Positions 13,801 to 27,100 of a stretch of DNA of 64,000 nucleotides are shown piece by piece. The stretch's first letter is position 1; each line of letters starts with the position of its first letter. The stretch covers positions 56,997,137 to 57,061,136 of the forward strand of contig NC_057719.1 of NCBI RefSeq assembly GCF_004010195.1, given 5' to 3'. This DNA comes from Chiloscyllium plagiosum. Its lineage: Eukaryota. Below the pieces are notes generated by a model. It was not told the DNA's origin and did not search any database. It saw only the letters and a program-made list of their open reading frames with translations. A program made the translations under genes and the position numbers.

Positions 13801-14828
13801 CTAATACCACTGATAATGTGTGCCATGTTTTAGGGTGAGGAAAGTTGTTGTAAAGTATTCTATGTATCACTTTAGGGGACAATCCCCAGAGAAGAAAACA
13901 TCTCTTTGACCCATTATAACAACTGTTTAAAATCTATAGTAAAAATCACTACAGGAATGCTTTCATGCTGAAATGCCCAAACTTAGAATATATTATTTCA
14001 TCATGATTACGTAGTAGAAACTAAAACAAGGCTTTATACTGACTGACACTTGCTAAAAATTAGCAATGTCTAAGAGATAGCTACCTTTACTTTGGTTTCA
14101 ATTAATGACTAAAGATGAGAAATCAGGTTTGATGAGTGTACAAAAGCACATACCATTCTCAGCACGAAATATTTCATCTGATTCTAAGTGCCCAACTGCA
14201 TGCTGGATGTGTTGTAGATTAAGATCATGAAAATGTTCAGTTGTTATTCTGCAGAAATTCTGACCCTATCTTCGCCAAACAGCCAGTCTTAAAAGGACAT
14301 GGAATAAGGGGACCTTCACCATTGGAAAACTTGAGTGCAAACATTACAGTTCTCAATGACAGGAACCCCCTCACAATCTGTCAAAGAATGCCAATCAGAT
14401 GCCATGCTGATTACGTGATTCAAGCACTTTCTCCACCCAAAGGTTTGAGGAAACAGAAAATTCACAGTCCAAAGCCCTCAATCCATCCCCAACACTGTCC
14501 CTCAACCCTTCTCCATTCTACCACCACCAGAACAGGTCTGAGATTCAAACATTAAAATATCAAATTCAATAAACTGTTATGATCCAGTTAGAAGTGGATT
14601 GATTTGTTTCCTTGTCCTATTCCTCCACTGGCCACAAGTTTAAACTTCGAAAGGGAGGTGAGCTTGTCAATCATATTATACTTGCATATATTAACAGACA
14701 CATGCACAGCCACATCTGTATCTAGTTCAGAATCAGAAACAAGTCAGTCATATATTAAAATAACAAAATAAAAAAAGTATTCAAAGATTGTCAACAATAG
14801 GGTTAAATGTCCATATGCATCCAATTCG

Positions 14829-15042
14829 AGAGTGTGGTGCTGGAAAAGCACAGCAGGTCAGGCAATATCCGAGGAGGAGAATCAAAATTTCGGGCATAAG
14901 CCCTTCATCAGGAATTCCTGGTAAAGGGCTTATGCCCGAAACATTGATTCTCCTGCTCCTTGGATGCTGCCTGACCTGCTGTGCTTTTCCAGCACCACAC
15001 TCTTCACTCTGATCTCCAGCATCTGCAGTCCTCACTTTCTCC
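14829..15042. mobile_element. Head-to-head pair of family B PLE pLTRs forming a ~175-nt palindrome
   Basis: 14829-14914 is the reverse complement of 14915-15003 around GGAATTCC; same unit as 27606 and 42336. Confidence 0.85.
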
Positions 15043-15539
15043 TATATTTTTCCAACTACTAAAATTAAAAAGGTAAGATCTCCACAGTCTTACCAGACCA
15101 TAGGCTGCACTCTCATGAGTGAGAGCGATGACTGATGGTGGTTTAACCTGAGGGTCACCACGCCTCAGGCGAGGAGGGAGATTGAGAAGGAGAGTCCTTA
15201 GTGATAACCTCAGCCAGTGTTTGCAAACTAACACACTCACACCCTCTTTCAAGCCTGGGTGAAAATATGCAATTCTGTAGAATGTTATCGTGAAAGAACT
15301 TTGGCTAAGTAAACTGCAAGTTTCGCAAAAAATAATTATTCACAGTTGTGTAATTGCTGGGTCTGATGGCTGAAGTCATTTTGCACACAAGTTATTGGCA
15401 TTAACATTTCTCTCTAATCAGTTCGGCTGGTTGAATACTTTTTTTCTGGAGATAATGGTACAGATGTAACATTTCCTTTAAGGACTGTCTATTTACAGCA
15501 ATAAGCCTTTCTCACTCCAACTTTGGCAAGTTTGGGGTC

Positions 15540-15722
15540 AGGGAAAGAGAGCCAAACAGTGAGAATGAGGAGAGAGACAGAAGGGAGGGGGCAGAACAGA
15601 CAGAAGGAGAGAGCGCAAGAGTGAGCACGAGAGAAAAACTATAAGACAGACAGACAAAAAGACAGAAAGACAGACAGAAAAGAAACAAAGAAAGAAAAAG
15701 AAAAGAAAAAAAGAGAACAAAG
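15540..15722. repeat. Purine-rich (GA/GACA) low-complexity tract
   Basis: Composition. Confidence 0.8.
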
Positions 15723-17213
15723 ATGTGTTTTCAAAGCTATATACCCACAAACTGGATCATGTATTTTCTCCCTGAAAGCTTTGCAGATTGGGATCAATTC
15801 AACCAACTTGTGTTTGCTGCAAAGACAACATTTTTGTTGTATCCGATTTCCTCTGTTCAAAAATGGCTCTTCTGAAAAGATTTGTATGCATGCCTAGTCA
15901 ATTACATGTTTTCTGAGACATTAATTTATGATATTTTCATATCAGAATTTTTTCAGGTTATCAAAAAATCTGAAAATTAAAACAGTCACAATTAAGACTT
16001 TTTTGTAGAATCTGTTTAATTTTTTCTTTTGTATTATTGACTTTCAAAAGTATAATTATGGAAAAATAACTTGTAAATAGAAACCTGAAAATACTTATTG
16101 CCTCAAGTGAGTTATATATTTCAATTGTTATGCTAAACTACTGTTGTGTGGCAAATAAATATTTACCCAGTAATTCTCGCACACTGCATTAGATAGAAAC
16201 AGCTAGCATTGTGATGCACATTGACATAGATTTATTGTTATATTTTCCCCACATTTATCATCTTAACATTTAAATATATGAATTGTTTTGCAGGTTTCAG
16301 CTAGGTTGTTTTGACTGTGCAAAGCCATACATATCAGTGTTTTGGTTAATTCATTGAATGTGGCACTGTATAGGCCTGTACTTATCATCTATCCCTAAAT
16401 AACCATGAGGTAGAGGGTAGTGGCAGCAGCGCTGGCAGTGAGCTACCTTCTTGAATGGTATAGGGACAGTCACAATGTAATTAGGAAGGGAGTTCCACGA
16501 TTTTGAACCAGTGAGAGAGAGGGAACAGCAATGGAAATGCATTAAGAGCTAAAGTAAGTGTGCCTTGGCTTAAAGGTTTCTTTGAAACAGTACGTGGGCA
16601 ATACAATAAAATAACATTGAGATGTTTCAGAATTTTGATTTTCTACTCTCACACTCTAAGATAGCTCCAGAACTAGAACCTCATTCACAAAAATTGCACA
16701 CATTTCTGTAAGACCAAAGTAGTACAGAATTGAAAGAAGAGAATTTCCTGCATGAGAGTCAAAATACACACCTGTCAGAATCAAGATGCTAAAGGTATTG
16801 TCATGAGTGTTTGTTAAATTCAGATTGTCGTGGTTACTAATCAGAGCATTGATCCATGTGTCAGCCTTTCATATGCCAGCAACTAGAACTAAAAATATCT
16901 CCTAAGAAGTGGTGAAATGTTGGTTGATTTATTCTCTTTATTGTTTCTCTGGATGAATACAGAATGTGCTCAATCAGCAACGAGGCTGCCTCTGCACTAA
17001 GAATAATTAACAATTTTTAGGAGATCTTACACTGTTCTGTGTAAAGGATGATACTATTTGGAGGTAATATGCACAGCACTTCCATGGGAATAATATTTCA
17101 CTGGCTGCTGAACACTAAGTTTACACCTTGTTGCAAATGAAATGAAGCTCTTCACTCCCCTCCTCTTTTCTCCCACTTCTTCCCCTCCCCTCCCCTCCCT
17201 CCCTTATCCTTAC

Positions 17214-17324
17214 CTTTTTGCTTTAGGCTTGTTTCAATGGCCACAAAATTTTCAAAGAAAACATAATATATGTGCGAATATGTTTGATCAAAGAACGGCT
17301 TCAAATCACTTGCTTCAGAGTTTT
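17214..17324 (-). CDS. RALGAPA1: RALGAPA1 exon 2 (111 nt)
   Basis: (E)[36 protein letters not shown](G); ttgtag acceptor, G|GTAAGG donor; phase matches exon 1. Confidence 0.95.
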
Positions 17325-18217
17325 CTACAATTTAAAAAAAAGAAAAGATATTAGGATAATCAATAATTTAAAATTTAGATTAATTAAGCCACCAACTACA
17401 TATTTAAGTTTTCTAACCTTATTCATACAAATGAATACAAAAAGATGAACTAACTCCCAAATATGGATCAACCAACTTAGCTCAAATCTTGAAACATGTA
17501 TTCCTAGTTCAGATGTAGGTAAAAGCTCACAGGCTTGTCAGAGAGGCAGGAATCCTTCATATCTCTCCTGATTATAAATAAATGTCACAGTCATGCAAAT
17601 ATATTAGTCATCCACTAGATATTGTAAAAATCATCAGAGATAAGGTTGCATAAGTCAAAACTTACAGTAAAGTAGAACAATAAATATTTCAAAGCTAATT
17701 CAGGCTGCTAACAATACCACAGTCAAATATTACATTTGATGACATTTTTATATCAACAGCTCTGTTTGAATTTCTATAATCACCATCTCTCAAATTGGCA
17801 GCCACACACGTGGGTGGCCTCCCTAGGTAGTTGCCAATGCTGCTATGGAATTGCTGCTCAATCAGCCACAGGATAACTTCATGTCTTATTTTTCTTAAGA
17901 GAGTATCTGATTTTTAGCTGTTGTGAAATCACAAATACTTTGAGCAAGTTATAAAGAAGAAAAAAATGCCACCATGATACATTCGAGATGAATAAAGAAG
18001 GGTAAAATTGAAATCCAAGGGGGAGAAAAAGTACACATGAAGTATATATGACAAAGCAGCAAATGACAGGAGAGAAAATGAAACAGTCCGGGAAAAGAAA
18101 AAAAATTAGGAAGACAAAACGTCAAAATGAAATCAGGAAGTACAAAGATAATAAACTTTTCCACAGTCCATATTAATTAAAGAAAAATACAGGTGAGAAT
18201 ATGCCACGCTAGATAAA

Positions 18218-18475
18218 CTCACAGACATTGACATTACCCCTATTTGGTAAGCACAGGGCTGGGTGGATGGTGTGTGTGTGTGTGTGCGCGCGCGCGCGCA
18301 AGAGAGAATTAGAAGATACGATATAATGCTGATATGAGATAATTAAGATTCTCACAGACATTGACATTACCCCTATTTGGTAAGCACAGGGCTGGGGGGA
18401 TGGTGTGTGTGTGTGCGCGCGCACAAGAGAGAATGAGAAGATACGATATAATGCTGATATGAGATAATTAAGATT
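18218..18475. repeat. Tandem duplication (133 + 125 nt) containing (TG)n(CG)n
   Basis: Two adjacent near-identical units starting ctcacagacattgacattacccc. Confidence 0.95.
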
Positions 18476-19031
18476 TGGCCTGTGACCAGGGCCAGGCACG
18501 TGACACTGCAGGTGAAGCAGGTATGTGAATTCAAGAGATAATTAGAGCAGCCTTAGCCTCTGCAATTATCAAATAAAAACAAGGTTTTGCAAGGCATGGA
18601 GAGTGGGGACTGCAGAGAGAAAATGAGTGACCTGACCAGAGAACAGTAGTACAGAGAGGCATTCCTCTACCTATGTGTTTTAGATCTCCAGCATTCCCAA
18701 TTTCTGTGTATATTAATATGGAGGAATGGGTTTTAGTTAATGAGGCAGTTGGCACCATACTGCAGAAAAAGGAAGCTTCTCCAATAGGATCCATTTCACT
18801 TGAACAGTGTGGAAACTAGTGCACTGACAGATCAAATAACTCGGGCTTTAGAATGGGTTTTGAACGAATTAGATCTAAGGAGAGATGTCGAGAAGGATAC
18901 GTAGGCATACAAAGCAAAATAATATGACAGCCTTGCCAGACAACTATTTCAGTAATGATACCCGGTGTGGTACAGGAAGGGACACAGAGTATACAAACCT
19001 GGAAAAATAGCAGCAATTAGGATCAAACTGA

Positions 19032-19095
19032 AAAAAAGGCAAAATTAACAGCTCATTATTTAAAAAAGGCAAAATTAACAGCTCATTATTTAAAA
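19032..19095. repeat. 30-nt tandem duplication
   Basis: aaaaaaggcaaaattaacagctcattattt x2. Confidence 0.9.
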
Positions 19096-20483
19096 GCATG
19101 ACACACCTATTGGGCATAATCATAGTTAGGAGATCAAAGCTGAGAACTAAATATGCAGGGGTACACAACTTTTCAAAAGGACAGGAGAAAGGAGAAGGTG
19201 GGGAGGTAGCTTTCTTAGTATGGAATGGAATGAATGCAATAGCAAGAAACTACCTTGAATCACCCATATAGATTCTACAAGAGAAAAACGTTAGAGGTGA
19301 GTAGGTCACACCTCCCTTTCAGTAGCTATACTGTGGGATAGAGAATAAATCAAGAGATATTGAGGGCATGTAAAGAAACACAGTACATTAACTATGGGTG
19401 ACTGTAATCTTCATGTAGAATGGGAAAATCAAATTAGCAGAGGAAGGACTCAAAGTGTGTATGCCAGAGTTTCCTAGAATCCAACTAGAGACAAGCTATT
19501 TTAGATGTGGAAATGTGTGGTGAAGCAGGTTTAGTCAATGATCTCAGAATAAAAGATCCTATATTAAACAGTGAGTGGTAGAATGTAGCATTCAGTTTTT
19601 AAATGAGGAAGGTATGTTAAAAACTGTGCTAAACTTAAATAAGGGAAGCTACATTGGTATGAGGGCTAAAGTGGCTGCAGTGGACTGGGGAAGGAATTTA
19701 ACAGAAAAGGTGGTTGATAAACAATGGCAGATGTTTATGATTTAAAACAAAAATTTCTTCCTGTGAGCAAGAAGATTCTCTGAAGAGGATAAGCCAACCA
19801 CAATTAACGAAGAAAGTTAAGGATAGCATCAAATTGAAAATGAAAACAGATGTTACAAGGATTAGTGATAAACCAAAAATTTCAGAATGTCCTAAAAGTT
19901 AACAAAAGTTGACCAAAGAAATAATAGAGGGAGAAATTAAATTACAATGGTAAGCTTGCAAGTAAATATGAAAACAGATAATAAGACCGTCTTCAAATAT
20001 AGAAAAAGGAAGAGAGGCACCAAAGCGAACACAGGCCACTTAAGGAATTAGTTGTGAAAATCATAACAGGAAGCCATGAAGTGGGACAGGAGTCAAGTAA
20101 ATCCTTTTCGTCATAGAGATGTACAGCATGGACACAGACCCTTCGGTCCAACCCATCCATGCCGACCAGATATCCCAACCCAATCTAGTCCCACCTGCCA
20201 CCACCCAGCCCATATCCCTCCAAACCCTTCCTATTCATATACCCATCCAACTGCTTTTTAAATGTTGCAATTGTACTAGCCTCCACCACTTCCTCTACCA
20301 GCTCATTACATACATATACCACCGTCTGAGTGAAAACGTTGCCTCTTATCTCTCTTTTATACCTTTCCACTCTCACCCTAAACCTATGCCCTCTAGTTCT
20401 GGTGTCCCCGACCGCAGGGAAAAGACTTTGTTTATTTATCCTATCCATGCCACTCATGATTTTATATACCTCTCTTAAGTCGC

Positions 20484-20551
20484 NNNNNNNNNNNNNNNNN
20501 NNNNNNNNNNNNNNNNNNNNNNNNNNNNNNNNNNNNNNNNNNNNNNNNNNN
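20484..20551. other. Assembly gap (68 N) inside a CR1
   Basis: Run of N with CR1 RT sequence on both sides. Confidence 0.99.
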
Positions 20552-23256
20552 GGACCTTGCCATTAAGTGTATAAGTCCTGCTAAGATTTGCTTTCCCAAA
20601 ATGCAGCATCTCGCATTTATCTGAATTAAACTCCATCTGCCACTTCTCGGCCCACTGGCCCATTTGGTCCAGATCACGTTGTAATCTGAGGTAACCCTCT
20701 TCGCTGTCCACTACACCTCCAATTTTGGTGTCATCTGCAAACTTACTAACTGTACCTCTTATGCTCGCATCCAAATCATTTATGTAAATGACAAAAAGTA
20801 GAGGACCTAGACTTCATGGTAACGGACACTAACAGCATTCTGGAAACGTTAAATTAAGGTCAAACACTGTGGAGGAAATAAACACCTGTATTATCACCAG
20901 GGAAAGAGTACAAGAGAAACTAATGGGCTAAAGTCAAAATATCCCTGGACCTGCTGAGTTGAATCCTAGGATACTAAAGGAAGTAGCTGCGGAGATAGTG
21001 GATGCACTGGTAGCAATATTCTAGAAGGTAAGGATTCTTGGAAACGTCCAAGGCAAAAGCCTTATTCAAGAAAGAAAAGAGACAAAACAAAAGATATATA
21101 GGTCAGTTAGCTTAAGGTGTGTCATTGAGAAAACATGAGAGCATGATATAAAGGATTCAATATTAGACATTTAGAAATGCATAAAGTAATCAGCAGAATC
21201 AGCATGGTTTCATAAAAGGGAAAGCATGTCTGAAAAAGTTATTAGAATTAGTTATGATGAAGTAACAAACAGAATAGTTAAAGAGGAGCTAGAAGGTGTC
21301 AAATATATGGATTTATGTTATATAAAAGGCAGAAGATAAGTACTCCGTATAAGGCTACTTAATGAAATGAGAGCCCGTGATGTTGAATGTAGCATATTAA
21401 CATGGAAAGAAGATAGGTTAACTAATCAAAGGCACAGATTTGGGATAAAGAAAGTATTTTCAGAATAGCAATCTGTAATTAGTGGAGTGCCAAAGAGATG
21501 ACTATTAGAGCTACAATTATTGACAACGTACATTAATTACTTTGATGAAGAAATTGAATGTACTGTCATCAAGTTTGCAGATTATGTGGGAAGGCAAGTG
21601 GTGAAGACTACACAAAGAGTCTGCCGAATGATGTAGACAGGTGTGTGGGCAAAATCTTGGCAGGAAGAATAGAGGAGCAGATTATTTTATTTTATTGAGA
21701 AACATTGCAAAAAGCTACAGCACAGAGAGATTTTGGAGTCCTTGTGCATGTATCACAAAAAGCTGGCATTCAAGTTCAATTGACAATAGGAAAGGCAAAC
21801 ATAATGATAACCTTTATTTGAGGGGAATGAGGGTGGGTTTCTTTCAAAATTTTACAAGGCAATAGCTAGATTACACCTACAATACTGTGAACAATTTTGG
21901 TCCCTTTACCTAAGGAGGTATTGGACACAGTCCAGAGAAGGTACACTAGATTGATCATAGACATGAAGAGATTTTCTTTGAGGAGAGCTCAAGTAGTTTG
22001 GGATTAGAATTTAGAAGGACAAGAGACCACTTTATTGAACCATACCAAATTCTTAAGAGGCTTGACAGGGTAGATATGGAAAAGTTGAGTTTCCCCTTGG
22101 AGTTTCCCCTCTAGAACCAGAATGCAAAATCTCAAGAGTGGGAGCACCAATTTCAGACAGTAAGAGGGAGGAATTCTTTTCAAGGTAGACTGATGTTTAG
22201 ACAATCAAGAGGCACGGGGGGGGAAAACGAAGAAAAACTGAGTTGACGATTATCAATCAGCATGATTCACTGAATGGCAAATGTGACGATGTATCAAATG
22301 ACCGATGCTTGCACCTACATAAGGCTACTGGGGGCTCACTTCCAAAGGGCCAGGATATTAAACACCTATCAAACCCAAGTTGGAACACACTTGAGAATAC
22401 TAAACAGTTCTGGTGTCCTTGTTTATAGCTAAAGAATGTAGGAAGCACTGGAGAAAGTGAAAACAAGATTTGGTGGAACAATACTGGAATTGAGAGATAA
22501 TATTCAGAACTTTGAAGCTTTAAGACTTTGAACAATCTTGTTCTTCTTTCTAGAAAGAGAAAACTTAGACATGACCTGACCAAAATCTAAGATTATGAAA
22601 GGGGCAGTTGTAGAGAATTTTGTAGACCTATTCACTTGCAGGCTCAGAATCCAGAACGTGACAGTATAAACATGACACAATCATTAACAAACTCAATAGT
22701 AAACTCAGGAGAGAAGTCATTACAGGGTATGGTTGGAATATACCTATCACAACAAGCAGTGATGCCAACTAGCATTAATGCATCTAAGGGAATATGAGAT
22801 AATTACAAGGAGGTAACAGATGGAAGATTCTGACAAAATGATAGAATATAACAAATGCAATGTGAAAATCTTTGTTTGGAACATAAAGACTGGCACGGAC
22901 TATGGTCCAAACAATTCAAATCATACTGTCAGTATTATGTAATACTTATATTATATAATACTTCACAATCTGTTAGAACGAGTATAGTTGAAAAAAGTTT
23001 TATTTGAAGATTTTTGTTTGGTACACATCAAGACAAAATTACAAGTATCCAAGAATACCAAATTTCAAAGTAAGTTATGATGTAGCTCTTAAAATGAGAG
23101 CTATATCGACTTCAGCAAAGCACTCGACAAATCTTCCACATGGTATGCCGGTTAGTAAGGTCAGATCGCATGGGATCCAGGGGAGCTAGCTAATCAGACA
23201 CAAAATTGACTTGAAGGAGGAAGGAGAAGGTTATAACAGAGATTTGCATTATTGAA

Positions 23257-24048
23257 TTTTGAGAAGATTTGTAGCTCAGATTGAGGTTTTGGATGTAGGT
23301 TTGCTCACTGAGCTGGAAGGTTCATTTCCAGACATTTCATCACCCTGCTAGGTAACATCTTCAGTGGGCCTCCAGGCAAAGCACTGCTGCTGATTCCTGC
23401 TTTCTATTTATATGTTTGGGTTTCTTTGGATTGGTGAAGTCACTTCTGGTTCCTTTTCTCAGGGATGGTAGATGGGGTCTAGCTCAATGTGTTTGTTGAT
23501 AGAGTTCCGGTCGGAATGTCATGCTTCTAGAAATTCTCGTGTGTGTCTCTGTTTGGCTTGTCCTAGTATGGATGTGTTGTCCCAGTCGAAGTGGTGTCTG
23601 TCCTTATCTGTATGTAAGGATACTAGTGAGAGAGGGTCATGTCGTTTTGTGCCTACTTGATGTGCATGTATCCTGGTGGCTCATTTTCTGGTGGATAAAC
23701 AGGCAGAAAAACACATCCATCCTAGGACAAGCCAGACAGAGACATGCATGAGAATTCCTAGAAGCGTGGCATTCCAACCGGAACTCTATCAACAAACACA
23801 TCGAGTTGGACCCCACCTATCACCTCCTGAGAAAAAGGACAGGAAATGATGTCACCACAGGAAATGACATCAACCCAAAAAAAACCAAACATAGAAATAG
23901 AAAGCAGGAATCAGCAGCAGTGCTTCGCCTGGAGGCCCACTGAAGATGTTACCTAGTAGGGTGATGAAATGTCTGGAAATGAACCTTCCAGCTCAGTGAG
24001 CAAACCTACATCCAAAACCTCAATCTGAGCTACAAATCTTCTCAAAAT
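23257..24048. mobile_element. Penelope-like 3' fragment as inverted (hairpin) pair, inserted in a CR1
   Basis: GIY-YIG C-terminal remnant (HHFDWDNTSILGQAKQRHTREFLEA) on both strands plus pLTRs. Confidence 0.88.
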
Positions 24049-24196
24049 TCAATAATGCAAATCTCTGTTATAACCTTCTCCTTCCTACCTTCAAGTCAAT
24101 TTTGTGTCTGATTAGCTAGCTCCCCTGGATCCCATGCGATCTGACCTTACTAACCGGCATACCATGTGGAAGATTTGTCGAGTGCTTTGCTGAAGT

Positions 24197-24750
24197 GTAT
24201 AGGAGTTGGGTCATGTGGCAATACAGGACAATCGTGAGGCTACTATTAGAATACTGCATATAATTCAAGTCGCCTTTCTATAGGAAGGATGTTGTGAAAC
24301 TTGAGGGATACAGAAAGGACTTACAAGGTTGTTACTATGACTCGAGTTATAGGGAGAGGCTGAGTTAGCTGGGGCTTTTTTCTCTGAAGCGTCAGAGGCT
24401 GAGGGAGTAACTTCATAGAGGTTTATAAAATCATGAGGGGCATGGATAGGGTGAACAGCCAAGGTCTTTTTCCTAAGATGGGTCAGTCCAAAACTAGGGG
24501 GGATAAGTTTAATGTGTGAGGGGAAAGATTTAAAAAGGACCCAAGGAGTAACTTTCTTACACAGAGGGTGCTGAGAGATGAAGTGGTAGAGATGGGTACA
24601 ACATATGAAAGACATTGGGAAGGGCATATGAATAGGAAGTGTTTAGAAGAATATGGGCCAAATGCTGGCAAATAGGACTAGGTCAGAATGGGATGTCCGG
24701 TTGCTGCAGAGGAGCTGGACCGAAGGGTCTGTTTCCACGCTGTATAACTA
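24197..24750 (+). mobile_element. CR1 3' end (5' part at 23100-23250)
   Basis: IEVYKIMRGMDRVN and CR1 3'UTR. Confidence 0.85.
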
Positions 24751-27100
24751 TGAACAGACTACAATAATCAAATATTAAGGGGAGTTAGAGGAGCGATCCA
24801 TTGCTGGAAACTGAATCCAGCCATGAACAGAATTTTAAAACAAGTTTTCTGTTTAACAGATTTTAATATTCCACTATTTTCGATGATTCTGAATTTCTAG
24901 ATTGGTCATTAAATTGATGTGTAAACCAGCAGCAGTGGTACGAATACACATCCTTCAATTACAATACATAAAGATAATATTTTACAAATTATTAAATGCA
25001 CTTACAACTCAAACATTTGATCCAGCTAAGCAAGTCCATGGTTTTGCATTCCATTGTCCTCCAAACTTTTTTCATCTAACTTCATTAAGCAAATCCTTCC
25101 AATCCTATCTATCTCTTGTGCTTACCTAACTTTCTTTTGAATGCATCTTCACTCACTGAGGTAACACAGCCCATATTCTAACTATTTTCTGGGTAAAGAA
25201 GTTCCATCTTAAATCCCTGTAATTAAGTATCTTAATTTACGATGTAAAGTTTTGGTCTTGCCAACAGGCAAAGTTAGTGGCTAGGTGGTGGATAGTGACA
25301 AATTCACCAGCCTACTAATCCAGAGCCCTGGGCTAATGTTCAGAGGACCACAGATTCAAATCCCATAGCAAGTGGTGAAATTTGAATTTGATAAAATTCT
25401 GCAATCAAAGTTCGTCTAATGGACACCATGTAACTACTACCAATTGGTATAATAAATAATGTTCTTTGGAGGAAAGGAATCTGCCAGATCTATATCTGCA
25501 GCATGTGGTTGACTCTTAACTACCCCTGAAAACCACTCAGTGAAGGGATGAGGGATGATCCCACTAACTAATTGAGAAAAGATAAACAGGTAGACAGTGA
25601 ACAGGTATGAGCCAGTGTAATAAAGTTAGCCAACATAAAAATCAATCAATTCATGCAATGAAACAGAAGCATTTCTGCCAATCGGGCACTTGATCAAACC
25701 AAGGATGGGCCTACTTTTGGTTTGAGGTGCCCGAGTTCAATTCCATCTGCTCTAGAAGTGTAAAATAACATCTCTGAAAAGCTTGATAAGAAAAATGGGT
25801 CAAATCAAGGATGCAAGAGTAAACTAAAATATCAAAATTAATTTTTAAATGATGGTACACAGAATCAGAGTGCAGTAAAAAGGAGAATTAAAGAAGTGAT
25901 TACACTCAAAGCGTCTTATAATCTGTGAAATTAAGAATTCAATTTCCATACAAATGCAAGAATTCCACACGTTCATTCATTCATTTATCCAGTAAAGTTC
26001 TGTAGAATCTTTTGATATTATTGCAAAATATTAAGCTTCTTTTCACTTATGAATAATATTAGCTCAAACTCACATAAACATGATGGTCAGATGCATCATT
26101 TTTCACCTGTTCCATTCCATTGTTAATTGACAATCAAGGATGTCTTTCAGAATTATCAAAACCGAAAGCTAAGGATTACAGAAAGAAGCAAGCATTGGGG
26201 ACAGACGAAGGCGAACATCAATTATATCAAAATTATGGCAAGATTAGATGCAGGAAGTATGTTCATTTTCGGGCAATTAACAAGAAAAAAACCCAATTAT
26301 CCAAAAGTTTAAATTAAAGTTACAGTTTCCGTAAGTTATATGCAAAGAAGATTGATAAACAACAGCTAACATTTAGTGTCTTTAACCTAGTGAAATGTTT
26401 CAATGTAATTACTGGAAAAAAAAACAAACATGCACCAAGTCAAAGCTGGAGGAATTAGAACAGATGACAAAAGAATTTCAGAATTTAAGGCTTAGGCTGG
26501 GTTGGAAAGTTTCAGTTTTTCCTCTGGGCAGAGAAGATTTATACATGCTTGAGATGTATAAAATTATGAAGTGCGTAGACAGGGAAGACAGAAATAAAAC
26601 TTTTCTAATTGATGGAATGATCAATGACTAGGGAGCACAGATTAAAGGTAAGGGGCAGGCAGTTTAAGGAGCTGAAGGAAAAACTTTGTCATCCAGAGGG
26701 TGGTGGGAATCTGGAACACACTGCCTGTAAGGGTGATAGAAGCAAAAACCATTAAATCATTTAAATTGTATTTAGATGTGCACTTGCAACATCAAGGCAT
26801 ATAAGTATATGGGCCAAGGTTCTAGAAAACTGGACTAGAATAATTCAGCAATTATTTTTAACCAGTGTGAATGAAATGTACCAGAGGGCCATTTTCCATG
26901 CTGCAGATGTCTATGATTCTGAACAGCTAAAAGCATGGCCACCAAGGCAAGAAGTCAGCACTGCAGGTTTGTGGGCCTCAGAGAATTTAGAAAGAGAGAG
27001 GGACAAGATTTGAGTTACTTGAGCAATGAGCAAACATTTTTCTGACTGTACAAAATTATGTCGTGGGGAACACAAGATTAGGACCATAACACCTCTTGTT

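Larger units (their letters stand above)
18530..22280 (+). mobile_element. Old near-full-length CR1 with a younger minus-strand CR1 nested at 20111-20808
   Basis: Degenerate APE/RT motifs along the region; nested copy SKFADDTKIGGVVDSEEG. Confidence 0.8.
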
